From NCBI GenBank assembly GCA_004524535.1, contig SDNY01000023.1, positions 1 through 38,436 on the forward strand: DNA of 38,436 nt. Reading direction: 5' to 3'. The translations under genes and the position numbers were made by a program. The stretch's first letter is position 1, and each line of letters opens with the position of its first letter. This document shows positions 10,353-20,122 of this stretch, piece by piece. Below the pieces are notes generated by a model. It was not told the origin of the DNA. It saw only the letters and a list, made by a program, of their open reading frames with translations, and did no database searches. This stretch comes from Promethearchaeota archaeon. Its GTDB lineage: Archaea; Asgardarchaeota; Lokiarchaeia; Sigyniarchaeales; SOKP01.

Positions 10353-11408
10353 ATGAGTGAGAAAAAAGAGAGCTCAAAATTTATCATCCGATTAGCGCAC
10401 GGAGCTGGTGGAGTTTTACAAGAAGAATTAATAAATTTCATTACAAAAGATATAGCGCTGAAAAATGTAAATAAAGGTATTGGTGTGGAAGAATTAGATG
10501 ATGGTGCAACAATCCCTTTAGAAAATTACGATAAAGAAATGGTTATAACTGCTGATGGACACACAGTATCTCCTTTATTCTTTCCGGGAGGTAATTTGGG
10601 GACATTAAGTATTTGCGGCACAGTAAATGATTTATTGATGATGGGTGCAGAGCCTTTGGCATTAACTTCTACGATTATTATTGAAGAGGGTTTTAAGTTC
10701 GAAATTTTAGAGAAGATTATAAAATCATTTAATGAAAAAGCAAAAGAAGCGAATATTGCGATCATTGCTGGTGATACTAAAATTATGCCTAGGGGAAGTT
10801 TAGATGAGATGATTATTGCCACATCTGGTATTGGAATTAAGGATAAGAACATTAAAATCGTAGATAATGGTTTAAAAGTAGGGGATAAAATAATAATTAC
10901 AGGGACGATCGGAGATCATGGAACCGCATTAATGGCAAGTCGTGAAGGTTTAAATATTTCCACTGATTTAGAATCTGATGTAAATTTGTTGCTTGAAATT
11001 AATGAATCTATTAAATCCGAAATTAAATCTAATTATATTCATGCAATGAAAGATCCAACCAGAGGAGGAATTGCTGGAGCTCTAAACGATTGGGCGTCAA
11101 AATCTAATGTAAGTATTTATCTAGAGGAAGAAAAAATACCTATTAAAAAACAGGTAAATGCTATATGCGATATGTTAGGATTAGATCCATTCAATATAGC
11201 CTGTGAAGGAAGAGCTCTCTTATCTGTTGATCCAGCTCAAGCGGAAAAGATTCTTCAAAAAATTAAATCCACTCAAATTGGAAAGGAAGCTGAAATTATT
11301 GGAGAGGTAAAAGCTGAAAATCCTAAGAAAGTATTTTTAAAAACAATTATAGGTGGTACAAGATTCGTAGATATGCCTCTAGGCGAACCTATACCTAGAA
11401 TTTGTTAA
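10353..11408 (+). CDS. hypE: Hydrogenase maturation protein HypE
   Basis: LAHGAGG, PLFFPGG, GTVNDL, AGDTK, MKDPTRGG, C-terminal PRIC. Confidence 0.96.
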   Translation: MSEKKESSKFIIRLAHGAGGVLQEELINFITKDIALKNVNKGIGVEELDDGATIPLENYDKEMVITADGHTVSPLFFPGGNLGTLSICGTVNDLLMMGAEPLALTSTIIIEEGFKFEILEKIIKSFNEKAKEANIAIIAGDTKIMPRGSLDEMIIATSGIGIKDKNIKIVDNGLKVGDKIIITGTIGDHGTALMASREGLNISTDLESDVNLLLEINESIKSEIKSNYIHAMKDPTRGGIAGALNDWASKSNVSIYLEEEKIPIKKQVNAICDMLGLDPFNIACEGRALLSVDPAQAEKILQKIKSTQIGKEAEIIGEVKAENPKKVFLKTIIGGTRFVDMPLGEPIPRIC

Positions 11409-11761
11409 TTATCTGTATTTTTTTCTTCCTTTTTAATTATTTCTTCAATATTTTTTTTTAAAATAGGAATATCTTTAACAATTACTTTCCAAACGATATC
11501 AATATCCACGTTAAAATATCCATGTATTATTTTATCCCTCATTCCAGCAATTTTTTTCCATGGAATCTCTATATATTTCTCTTTAAAAAATGGAGACACA
11601 TTTTTAACTGCTTCTCCAATAACTTCTATTCTTCTTATAACGGCATCTTGGACAATATTTTTAGAGCTAAAGCTTGACTTATTAAATTCTTTAGTATAAT
11701 CAAGAATTAATCCAATAGCATCTCTGATATGCTTTATATAAACAATGTCCTTTTTCTTCAA
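11405..11761 (-). CDS. hepT: HepT-like HEPN RNase toxin (DUF86)
   Basis: IGEA...IPWKKIAGMRDKIIHGY (RxxxxHxY motif). Confidence 0.9.
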   Translation of the reverse strand: MKKKDIVYIKHIRDAIGLILDYTKEFNKSSFSSKNIVQDAVIRRIEVIGEAVKNVSPFFKEKYIEIPWKKIAGMRDKIIHGYFNVDIDIVWKVIVKDIPILKKNIEEIIKKEEKNTDN

Positions 11762-12057
11762 TCATATATCACTTTTGCTTCTGCTAATACATCATCTATA
11801 ATGTAAGGACTAATAGATTTTTCTGTTAATAATTCAACTTTAATACCTAACAAATCAGATAAATCAAGTTCAAAACCTACTAAGTCTAATAGACTTATAC
11901 TTTTATTAAACTCAACAATAATATCTAAATCACTTTCAGAAGTAGCTTCTCCCCTTATATAAGATCCAAAAATTGATATCTTTTTTGCACCACATTCTTT
12001 TAGAAATGTTATAATTTGCTCTTCAATTTCTTTAGTTAATTTTAACTTACTTTCCAT
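11758..12057 (-). CDS. mntA: MntA-like minimal nucleotidyltransferase antitoxin
   Basis: FGSYIRGEATSESDLD (GSx10DxD); 4-bp overlap with the HEPN gene. Confidence 0.9.
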   Translation of the reverse strand: MESKLKLTKEIEEQIITFLKECGAKKISIFGSYIRGEATSESDLDIIVEFNKSISLLDLVGFELDLSDLLGIKVELLTEKSISPYIIDDVLAEAKVIYD

Positions 12058-12197
12058 TATAAAATACCGATTTTTTATAGGAAGAATATTTAAATTTTTT
12101 ATTTTTATTTCTAAAGTAATTCTAATAATTTAATATAATCCTCTGTTTTTTATTTTTTGTGATTTGAATAATAACAATAAACAAAAATATAATTAAA

Positions 12198-13292
12198 ATG
12201 GAAATCACTGATTTGAATATCCTAAGAAGTAAAGACTTTACTGATAAGATTATTAAATCAATCAATAAAATAATGAGAGAGCTAGATAAATCTATAAAAA
12301 TAATGCATGTATGTGGGACGCATGAGCATACTATCTCTAAATATGGGTTAAGATCACTTTTGCCAAAAGAAATAGAAGTAATATCTGGTCCTGGATGTCC
12401 CGTATGTGTGTGTCCAGCCGCAGATATAGATAAGGCAATCGAACTTGGAAGGCGAGAAGATATAATAATTACGACATTTGGAGATATGATACGTGTCCCC
12501 GCTTCAAATCTTTCTTTATCAGAATTAAAAGCGCAAGGTGCAGACGTACGTATCGTTTATGGTCCAAACGACGCTGTCAAAATTGCAAAGGATAATCCTA
12601 ACAAAGAAATAATATTTTTTGCTATTGGATTCGAAACTACTGTTCCATTAACTGGTTATGAGATAAAAAGCAATCCTCCTTCAAATTTTTCTGTAATCTG
12701 TGCTCATAAACTCATTCCTGCGGCTTTAGAATTATTAATGAGCATCGATCAATTAAGTATAGATGGATTTATATCACCTGGGCATGTGTCGACGATTATT
12801 GGTATAAAACCTTATAAATTATTTTCTGATGCTTATCACGTTCCAAATGTTATTACCGGCTTTGAACCTAATGATGTTCTACTCGCAATTCTTATGCTAC
12901 TTAAACAAATTAAAAATAAAAAATTCGAAACGCTTAATGAATATTCAAGAGTAGTTAAGCCTGAAGGAAATATTGTCGCTCAGAAAATTATTTCTGAAGT
13001 TTTTGAGTCTGTTTCTTCTCCATGGAGAGGAATTGGTAGAATTCTCGATGGAGGTTTGATGATTAAAGACAAATATGAAAAATACGATGCAGACAAAAAA
13101 TTTGATATAAAAATAGAAAAATCTACGGATATCCCCCCTGGATGCTCATGTCATTTGATAATGACCGGAAAATTGTCACCAAACGAATGTAAATTATTTA
13201 GAAAAACTTGCACCCCTCTTAATCCAGTGGGGCCCTGTATGGTTTCCATGGAAGGAACTTGTAGTATTTATTATAAATATTATAGTGAATAA
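12198..13292 (+). CDS. hypD: Hydrogenase maturation protein HypD
   Basis: CGTHEH, GPGCPVC, GFETT, PGHVS, C-terminal C...C...C...GPCMVSMEGTC. Confidence 0.96.
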   Translation: MEITDLNILRSKDFTDKIIKSINKIMRELDKSIKIMHVCGTHEHTISKYGLRSLLPKEIEVISGPGCPVCVCPAADIDKAIELGRREDIIITTFGDMIRVPASNLSLSELKAQGADVRIVYGPNDAVKIAKDNPNKEIIFFAIGFETTVPLTGYEIKSNPPSNFSVICAHKLIPAALELLMSIDQLSIDGFISPGHVSTIIGIKPYKLFSDAYHVPNVITGFEPNDVLLAILMLLKQIKNKKFETLNEYSRVVKPEGNIVAQKIISEVFESVSSPWRGIGRILDGGLMIKDKYEKYDADKKFDIKIEKSTDIPPGCSCHLIMTGKLSPNECKLFRKTCTPLNPVGPCMVSMEGTCSIYYKYYSE

Positions 13293-13307
13293 TTTTTATT
13301 CAATAGC

Positions 13308-14441
13308 ATGATTGATATTTACACAGTTTTTTTAAAAAAAACGGAATTATTATGTAAAGGCGTCTATTTAGACGGAACCCTAATTCAACATTATAAATCA
13401 CAAGGTATCAATATAAATTTTGGTCGAAAAGGTGGAGCGGGACCATTAGGTGGAAGATATTTTTTATTTGAAGATGGAACTTTGATAAATGTAGCTTTAT
13501 GGGATGATCCTAAAAAATCTAATCTAGTTTTAAAAGAAAATATAGATGGCTATTTTGAAGTCTATGATTCTAAAAAAAATGGAACTTTTGGAAAGATCAA
13601 ACTTATTGATGAGCCCCAATTTTACAACCAAAAAACATCTGAAGGAATTTTAATGAAAAAAATAGCATTAGTTCATGGAATTGATTGTTTATCAAGTACT
13701 ATATACCAAAAATGTAGGTATTGGGGCTGTGGAGAAGCTTGTAGTTTTTGTGGGATTGAACTTTCATTGAAATATAAAACAACAATATTAGAAAAAAATT
13801 ATAAACAAATGAATGAAGTAATAGCCGCTGCGAAGAAAGAAAAACGTTGTAATCACATGACCCTTACTAGTGGAACCGAGGATACCGTTGACAAAGGGGC
13901 TAACCGTTATATTGAGCTTTTAAAAGGTATTAAACATGAATATCCTGATCTTCCTTTACATATACAAATTGAACCACTAGAAGATTTATCTTATATTGAT
14001 AAGCTTAAAGATGCGGGAGCTGACACAATTGGCATTCATATCGAAATTCTCGACGATTCTCTAAGAAAAATTATAACTCCTGGGAAATTTAAGATACCAT
14101 ATAAATTATTTGAAGATAATTGGAAGCAAGCCCTTGAAGTTTTTGGCAAAAACCAAGTAGAAACTTATATTCTAATGGGCTTTGGAGAATCTCCCGAAGA
14201 ATTTATCGATGATCTTGAAAGAATAGTATCTTTAGGAGTTATACCGTATATAACTTCTGTAAGACCAATCCCAGATATGAGATCTACTATGCCTACTATG
14301 AATCCTGATGTTCTTTTAGATATTTATATTAAGGCTGCAAAAATGATGAAAGAATACGATGTCAATCCATTGGAGAATAAAGCGGGTTGCGTGAGATGTG
14401 GAGGATGTTCTGCTATTAGTGAAGCTTATAAAGCCTCATGA
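13308..14441 (+). CDS. Radical SAM protein, MSMEG_0568-like
   Basis: RKGGAGP N-terminal motif, IALVHGIDCLSST, CRYWGCGEACSFC, C-terminal KAGCVRCGGCS auxiliary Cys cluster. Confidence 0.75.
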   Translation: MIDIYTVFLKKTELLCKGVYLDGTLIQHYKSQGININFGRKGGAGPLGGRYFLFEDGTLINVALWDDPKKSNLVLKENIDGYFEVYDSKKNGTFGKIKLIDEPQFYNQKTSEGILMKKIALVHGIDCLSSTIYQKCRYWGCGEACSFCGIELSLKYKTTILEKNYKQMNEVIAAAKKEKRCNHMTLTSGTEDTVDKGANRYIELLKGIKHEYPDLPLHIQIEPLEDLSYIDKLKDAGADTIGIHIEILDDSLRKIITPGKFKIPYKLFEDNWKQALEVFGKNQVETYILMGFGESPEEFIDDLERIVSLGVIPYITSVRPIPDMRSTMPTMNPDVLLDIYIKAAKMMKEYDVNPLENKAGCVRCGGCSAISEAYKAS

Positions 14442-14474
14442 AAAAATTTTTAATTTATAACAAAACGAGAGATA

Positions 14475-15473
14475 ATGACTATAGAGAAAATTAGAGTTTC
14501 TATTGGAAGTGCATCTGTTTTAGGATTAAATTCAATAAAATTGAACGCTCCACCCACCACGTGTTATCTAATGACTTATAAAGAAGGTCATTGTATTGCG
14601 AATTGTGGCTTTTGTCCCCAAGCAAGGGATTCACATAGTTCAACTGAACAACTTTCACGTATTAATTGGCCTGTCTTTCCTTTTAAAGAATTTTTAACAA
14701 AATTAAAATATGTCTCTCCTCTAAAAAAATTTCAAAGGATATGCCTCCAAACGCTTAACTATCCTGAGAATTTTCATGATGTAATGGAGATTGCTACTCA
14801 AATTAGGAAAGTTTCAAATATTCCAATATCAGCAGCAATACCTCCAATGTCAAAAGAAAAATTGAAGCAAATAGAGGCTGTAGGCGTTCAAAGAGTAGGA
14901 ATCGCTTTAGATGCGTCGACACCTGAAATCTTTGAAAATATTAAAGGGATAGGAGTTTCAGGGCCATATAATTGGAATAATCATCTACAAAGTTTAAAAA
15001 ATGCTCTTGAAATTTTTTCTAAAGGTTTTGTAAGCACTCATCTCATCGTTGGATTAGGGGAAAATCAGAGAGATCTTTTAACACTTATTGAAAAATTGCA
15101 TAATTTAACCATTTTACCTTCATTATTTGCATTTATGCCAATAAAAGGAACTAAATTTGAAAATATAGAACAACCAACTCTAATTGATTTCAGAAAAGTA
15201 CAACTTGGAAGATATCTTATCATACATAAGAATAAAAAGTTAGAAGATTTTACTTTTAATTTAAAAGGAGATATAATTAACATTAATATAAATAAAGGAG
15301 ATTTAAGAAATATTGTTGATGAGGGCAATGCATTCTTGACTTCAGGATGTTCAGGATGTAATCGGCCTTATTATACTTCAAGACCTTCGGGACCGATCTA
15401 TAATTTTCCGAGAAAATTAACTGAGGAAGAAAAAGATGAGATTTATGATCAATTACAAAGATTTGTAAAATAA
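14475..15473 (+). CDS. lipS2: Lipoyl synthase subunit LipS2 (radical SAM)
   Basis: CIANCGFCPQAR; C-terminal TSGCSGCNRP matches LipS2 TxGCPxC(N/D)RP with P>S; adjacent to lipoate ligase. Confidence 0.8.
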   Translation: MTIEKIRVSIGSASVLGLNSIKLNAPPTTCYLMTYKEGHCIANCGFCPQARDSHSSTEQLSRINWPVFPFKEFLTKLKYVSPLKKFQRICLQTLNYPENFHDVMEIATQIRKVSNIPISAAIPPMSKEKLKQIEAVGVQRVGIALDASTPEIFENIKGIGVSGPYNWNNHLQSLKNALEIFSKGFVSTHLIVGLGENQRDLLTLIEKLHNLTILPSLFAFMPIKGTKFENIEQPTLIDFRKVQLGRYLIIHKNKKLEDFTFNLKGDIINININKGDLRNIVDEGNAFLTSGCSGCNRPYYTSRPSGPIYNFPRKLTEEEKDEIYDQLQRFVK

Positions 15474-15489
15474 TTTTTTTTATTAAATT

Positions 15490-16269
15490 ATGAAAACTTG
15501 GCGATTTATACCTTTAGAAACAAAAAATGGTTTTTGGAACATGGCTTTAGATGAAGCCATTCTAAATGCAGTTATAGAGAAGAAATCTCAGAATACATTA
15601 AGGTTTTATAAATGGAGTCCTTCTACAGCTAGTATTGGCAGAAATCAGAGTTTATCAGCTGAAATAGATATGAATTTTGCGAAAGAAAGAGGTTTTAATG
15701 TAGTAAGGAGAATCACGGGAGGTGGCGCAGTACTTCACGATAATGTAGGCGAAATCACATATTCTATTGTGTGTCCAATAAAATCTTTAGAGGATATAGG
15801 TGCTAAAAATGTATTAGAACAATTTGAGATTATAACTCAAGGAATTATTGCCGGATTGACCATATTTGGACTGAAACCTGAAAAAGGAATTATTCATTGT
15901 CCTGCAATTTTTTTGGATGGAAAAAAATTTTCTGGGAATGCACAGTTAAGAAAAAGAGGGCATCTCCTTCAGCATGGTACTATTTTATTAGAAATTGATC
16001 CTGAATTAATGTATTCAATTCTGAAAGCACCTGAAAATGTAGGTAAATCAAGGATGGTTAAATCTGTTAGAGCTAAATGTATAGGTCTTAAAGATGCGCT
16101 GCTTAATTATGATGAAAAGAAAATTCTTTCTTCATTGAAAAATGGCTTTGAAAAAATATTGGGAGTTAAATTAAAAAATGGTTCTTTTTCAGACTACGAA
16201 TTAAAACTAGCTAAAAGGTTAGTAATTGAGAAATATTCAAATATAAATTGGTTAAAAAAATATGAGTAA
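15490..16269 (+). CDS. Lipoate/octanoate-protein ligase catalytic domain (LplA-N / LipM-like)
   Basis: NMALDEA, RRITGGGAVLHD, KKFSGNAQ, LQHGT; no C-terminal accessory domain. Confidence 0.88.
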   Translation: MKTWRFIPLETKNGFWNMALDEAILNAVIEKKSQNTLRFYKWSPSTASIGRNQSLSAEIDMNFAKERGFNVVRRITGGGAVLHDNVGEITYSIVCPIKSLEDIGAKNVLEQFEIITQGIIAGLTIFGLKPEKGIIHCPAIFLDGKKFSGNAQLRKRGHLLQHGTILLEIDPELMYSILKAPENVGKSRMVKSVRAKCIGLKDALLNYDEKKILSSLKNGFEKILGVKLKNGSFSDYELKLAKRLVIEKYSNINWLKKYE

Positions 16270-17323
16270 ACCTAAAGAACTCTTAGATAGGATAAAATCT
16301 GGAAAGGCAACTTGGTCAGATTATTCTAAGTTTTTAGAATTGGGGGTGAATGATTTAGAACCATTTTTCAATCTTGCTTATAAAAAAACTTTGCAAAATT
16401 TTGGAAATCAATTAAAAATATACACTCCAAACAAGAGATTTCCAGCAATTAGTATAACTGGAAATGAATGTGCTTTAGGTTGTGAGCATTGCGATAAGAA
16501 GTACTTGAAGGGTATGAAATCACTTCAAAATAATGCAGATTTAGAAACTTATCTAATAGAACTTTCTAAAAATAATGGAGTTGGTGCCTTAATCTCTGGA
16601 GGCTGTGATCCTGAAGGAGCCGTCCCTTTAATAGGTTTTCTAGATACAATTAAAAAAATAAAAAATCAAACTAATTTAGTTATTAACGTCCACACAGGGT
16701 TATTAAATGAAGAAACCGCAAAGAAGCTGGCTGATGCTAAGGTAGATATAATTTCATTTGATATAAATATGGATAATGAAATTATTAAAGAGATATACCA
16801 TTTAAATAAAGATTTAGATGATTATAAAAGAGCTGTAAGTTTAATAAAAAAATATAACTTAAATTTTGTTCCGCATACTTGTATAGGATTGTTTTATGGA
16901 AGACTACATAAGGAATTGGAATCAATCAAATTTTTAAAAGAATTAAATCCATCTTTAATAGTATTAATCGCCTTAATCCCTCCAAAAAGTTCCAAAGATA
17001 ATAGCATTATTAAATTTGAGACTCCAAAGCCAGTTGATATAGCCAAAATAATTGCAGCGATTAGATTTCTATTTCCTTATACTGAAATTTCATTAGGTTG
17101 CATGAGACCACGAAAAAATATGAAAATTGACATCGAGAAATATGCTGTTAGAGCAGGAATTACGAGGATTGAAAATCCTTCAAAAAAAACGCTTAATTGG
17201 GTAAAAAAAAGAAATCCAGAGGTTTTATTCAAATTTTATTCTTCATGTTGTGCAATTCCGAATAAATTTGAGAAAGTTTCAGAAAGTTCTGAAAAAGAAA
17301 TTAAAAGATATTTAAATAATTAG
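16262..17323 (+). CDS. lipS1: Lipoyl synthase subunit LipS1 (radical SAM)
   Basis: SITGNECALGCEHC, LISGG, GCMRP and late CC motif, characteristic of LipS1. Confidence 0.8.
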   Translation: MSKPKELLDRIKSGKATWSDYSKFLELGVNDLEPFFNLAYKKTLQNFGNQLKIYTPNKRFPAISITGNECALGCEHCDKKYLKGMKSLQNNADLETYLIELSKNNGVGALISGGCDPEGAVPLIGFLDTIKKIKNQTNLVINVHTGLLNEETAKKLADAKVDIISFDINMDNEIIKEIYHLNKDLDDYKRAVSLIKKYNLNFVPHTCIGLFYGRLHKELESIKFLKELNPSLIVLIALIPPKSSKDNSIIKFETPKPVDIAKIIAAIRFLFPYTEISLGCMRPRKNMKIDIEKYAVRAGITRIENPSKKTLNWVKKRNPEVLFKFYSSCCAIPNKFEKVSESSEKEIKRYLNN

Positions 17324-17357
17324 ATCTTATCAATTCCTAAGAAATAAGGTATAATAA

Positions 17358-18338
17358 ATGAATGCAATTATAGCAAAAGATTTATCTAAATTTTTTAAAC
17401 AATCTAAAGGAAAAAAAAAAGAAAAAAAAAGTAAACAAGTTCAACAAAAAGAGACTAACTTAATTTGTGCTGTTGATAATATTAGTTTTAAAGTTAAATA
17501 TGGTGAGATATTTGGATTTTTAGGACCCAATGGCGCAGGAAAAACAACAACAATCCGAATGTTAACGGGTGTTTTAAAACCATCCAGTGGGAATATAACA
17601 ATTTTTGGTGAAAATGTCTGGAAACATCCTATCAGAGTAAAACAAATAATGGGTAATGTTCCTGAAATGGCAAATGTATATTTAGATCTAACAGGTATTC
17701 AAAACTTAGATTTCATCGGAGAAATTTATGGAATTCCAAAAAAAGAGAGAAACGAACTTGCCGAAAATTTACTTAAAAAATTTGAATTATTTGACAGACG
17801 TTATTCTAAAGCTAAAAAATATTCAAAAGGTATGAAACAGAGATTATTATTATGTATGGCATTGATGAGCAGCCCTAAAATCTTATTTTTAGACGAACCA
17901 ACTTCTGGTTTAGATGTCCAATCGGCACGAATTATAAAGCAACTCATAAGAGAATATAATAAATCGGGAATGACTATTTTCCTGACCACTCACGATATGG
18001 ACGTCGCTAATGAATTATGCAATCGTATTGCAATAATTAATAAAGGTAAAATCATTGGTTTAGATTCTCCGGAAAACTTGAGAAATTTAAAACAAGAGTA
18101 TCAAGCAATTGATCTATACCTGATAAATGATTTGAATCAGAAAGAGGTAGAAAAATTAAGTACCATAAAAGAAGTTAGAAAGATCGAAGATCATTATCAC
18201 ATAATAGTTCATGATATTAATAACGGTATTTTTGAAATTATTGAATACTTGAAATCAAACAATATTAAAGTAAAAAAAATAAATACTTATGAACCTCATT
18301 TAGAGGATGTTTTTGTAAAAATGGTTAATGGAGGGTGA
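17358..18338 (+). CDS. ABC-2 type exporter ATP-binding protein
   Basis: GPNGAGKTT, YSKGMKQR, LFLDEPT, TTH. Confidence 0.92.
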   Translation: MNAIIAKDLSKFFKQSKGKKKEKKSKQVQQKETNLICAVDNISFKVKYGEIFGFLGPNGAGKTTTIRMLTGVLKPSSGNITIFGENVWKHPIRVKQIMGNVPEMANVYLDLTGIQNLDFIGEIYGIPKKERNELAENLLKKFELFDRRYSKAKKYSKGMKQRLLLCMALMSSPKILFLDEPTSGLDVQSARIIKQLIREYNKSGMTIFLTTHDMDVANELCNRIAIINKGKIIGLDSPENLRNLKQEYQAIDLYLINDLNQKEVEKLSTIKEVRKIEDHYHIIVHDINNGIFEIIEYLKSNNIKVKKINTYEPHLEDVFVKMVNGG

Positions 18339-19135
18339 TTATAATTAGTAAAATAAATGAAAATTTTTTACAAAATTTAAAATCTAAGAGTTTTTTAACA
18401 CAAATTAAAAGATCTTTTGCGATAGCTAAGAAAGATTTAAGAATATATTATAATAAAGGACCTGTAGTAATTCAAGGAATATTGTTTCCAATCATGTTAT
18501 TTTTTGCTTTTACTGTTGGGAGAAATATTCTTCCGATTTATATAATTTCTGGGCTTATGGCAATGGTTTTATTCTTAACTTCAACATCTATTGGTCCAGT
18601 AGTTTTTCCATGGGAGACTCGACAAAAGACTTTAGAACGATTGATATCTTGTCCGATTTCAATAAAAACAATTTTACTTGGTAATGTGTGGAGCTCATTT
18701 ATTTTCGGTTGTATATTTTCTGCTATCCCGATGGTTTTAGGTGTGTTTATTTTTGGATTATGGTCATATATAAATATTTTAATCATAATCATCGGAATTA
18801 TAATAGCGGCTTTTGCATATTCAAGCTTCAGCTTAATATTATCAGTTCCTCCAACAGATACACCCGCAAATACTATGATTCTAACTATTTTAATAAAATT
18901 TCCAATTGTATTCATGAGTCCATTGTTTATGCCAATTTCATTAGCGCCATTAGCCTTAATATCCCCGCTTACATATTTCATTGATGTTATTAATATTGGT
19001 TTAGGTGAAGTTAGTGCTTTTGGAACTTATGGTGTAATTCTCGATTTTTTTATACTTATAATTTTTGGATTCGGATTTTTATTCTTAGCTTTTACATTGC
19101 ACACTATTACTTTGCAAAAAAGATTTCGAGGGTAA
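18335..19135 (+). CDS. ABC-2 type permease
   Basis: Six hydrophobic segments, WETRQKTLERL, SPLTY; overlaps the ATPase stop. Start codon uncertain. Confidence 0.88.
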   Translation: MIIISKINENFLQNLKSKSFLTQIKRSFAIAKKDLRIYYNKGPVVIQGILFPIMLFFAFTVGRNILPIYIISGLMAMVLFLTSTSIGPVVFPWETRQKTLERLISCPISIKTILLGNVWSSFIFGCIFSAIPMVLGVFIFGLWSYINILIIIIGIIIAAFAYSSFSLILSVPPTDTPANTMILTILIKFPIVFMSPLFMPISLAPLALISPLTYFIDVINIGLGEVSAFGTYGVILDFFILIIFGFGFLFLAFTLHTITLQKRFRG

Positions 19136-19286
19136 CCACAGTCTCAAATCTGGTTGCGATAATTTTCTTGTTTGCATTTTTAACTTTTTTAAGTCTTATA
19201 ATTTTAACTTGAACAATCGCAAGTAGATCGTCATCATCAAATGGTTTTGTAAGATAATCATCAACACCCAGCATTTTTCCAAAATA
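19107..19286 (-). pseudogene. Remnant of a response-regulator receiver domain (C-terminal part only)
   Basis: Own translation: *YFGKMLGVDDYLTKPFDDDDLLAIVQVKIIR... GxDDYLxKPF is the receiver beta5 motif; in-frame stop immediately upstream; phospho-Asp half absent. Confidence 0.7.
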
Positions 19287-19393
19287 TTATACACAAGAAA
19301 ACAATGCCGAAAAGGCTTTCAAGTACGCAAAAATTAAATAAAAAATGAAAAATTTAACTATTGAAAATATGAATTTAATGATTAAATAAATAT

Positions 19394-19407
19394 TGAATAA
19401 TCATTCA
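19394..19407. promoter_or_regulatory. Palindromic operator TGAATAATCATTCA (site 1)
   Basis: 13/14 match to palindrome TGAATAATTATTCA, upstream of DUF5320 gene. Confidence 0.75.
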
Positions 19408-19453
19408 GTTCATTCTCCTATTTTTTTGATAGCATAGAATGTGAGATCAATTA

Positions 19454-19467
19454 TGAATAATCATTCA
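19454..19467. promoter_or_regulatory. Palindromic operator TGAATAATCATTCA (site 2)
   Basis: 60 bp after site 1; followed directly by BRE/TATA-like AAAACTTAAATA. Confidence 0.78.
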
Positions 19468-19551
19468 ATAAAACTTAAATAATATAATAACTATTATTTA
19501 ATTAGAAACAAATTAAAAAAAATAAAAAAAAAAAGAGTTGAAAAAATTAAT

Positions 19552-19953
19552 ATGCCACGCGGAGATAGAACTGGACCAAGAGGATTAGGTCCGATGACTG
19601 GAAGAGGATTAGGCTATTGTGCTGGATATGATACTCCAGGCTATACCAAGGGCTTCGGCATGGGATTAGGGCGAGGACTCGGCTGGGGTAGAGGTGGAGG
19701 CTGGGGCAGAGGTGGCGGTTGGGGTAGAAGTGGAGGTTTTTGGGGATATAATGCTCCATATTACGGACCAAATGTAGTTCCGCCTCCCGCTTACGGAGTT
19801 GCACCTCCTGTTTATCCATCTACAACTACACCTGAAGCTCAATTAAATATGCTTAAGCAAGAAAAGCAATATTTAGAGTCTGAAATGGAAAACATTAAAA
19901 GCGCAATGGAAAATATCTCAAAAAGAATTAATGATTTAGAAAAATCTGAATAA
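19552..19953 (+). CDS. DUF5320 family protein (Gly/Arg-rich, C-terminal coiled coil)
   Basis: MPRGDRTGPRGLGPMTGRGLGYCAG signature; LKQEKQYLE...ISKRINDLE coiled coil. Confidence 0.88.
   Translation: MPRGDRTGPRGLGPMTGRGLGYCAGYDTPGYTKGFGMGLGRGLGWGRGGGWGRGGGWGRSGGFWGYNAPYYGPNVVPPPAYGVAPPVYPSTTTPEAQLNMLKQEKQYLESEMENIKSAMENISKRINDLEKSE
19681..19734 (+). repeat. 18-bp coding tandem repeat x3 (GWGRGG/GWGRSG)
   Basis: GGCTGGGGTAGAGGTGGA GGCTGGGGCAGAGGTGGC GGTTGGGGTAGAAGTGGA. Confidence 0.85.
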
Positions 19954-20122
19954 ATTTTTTTTTTATTTTTTATTTTTAAATAAATTCAAAATTCCTCCTA
20001 TAATTTTGAAATAATTTGAAATCGCTCTTATCATTATAACAAAGGAAATTTATATTTATAGACCTTCTAAAAATTAATTTTTAACAAAATTTTGATAAAA
20101 ATTAAAGATTCAATATTTTTGA

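Noticed and set aside
19662-19745. G-run cluster as a G-quadruplex element
   Set aside because: Fully explained by Gly/Trp/Arg codons of DUF5320.
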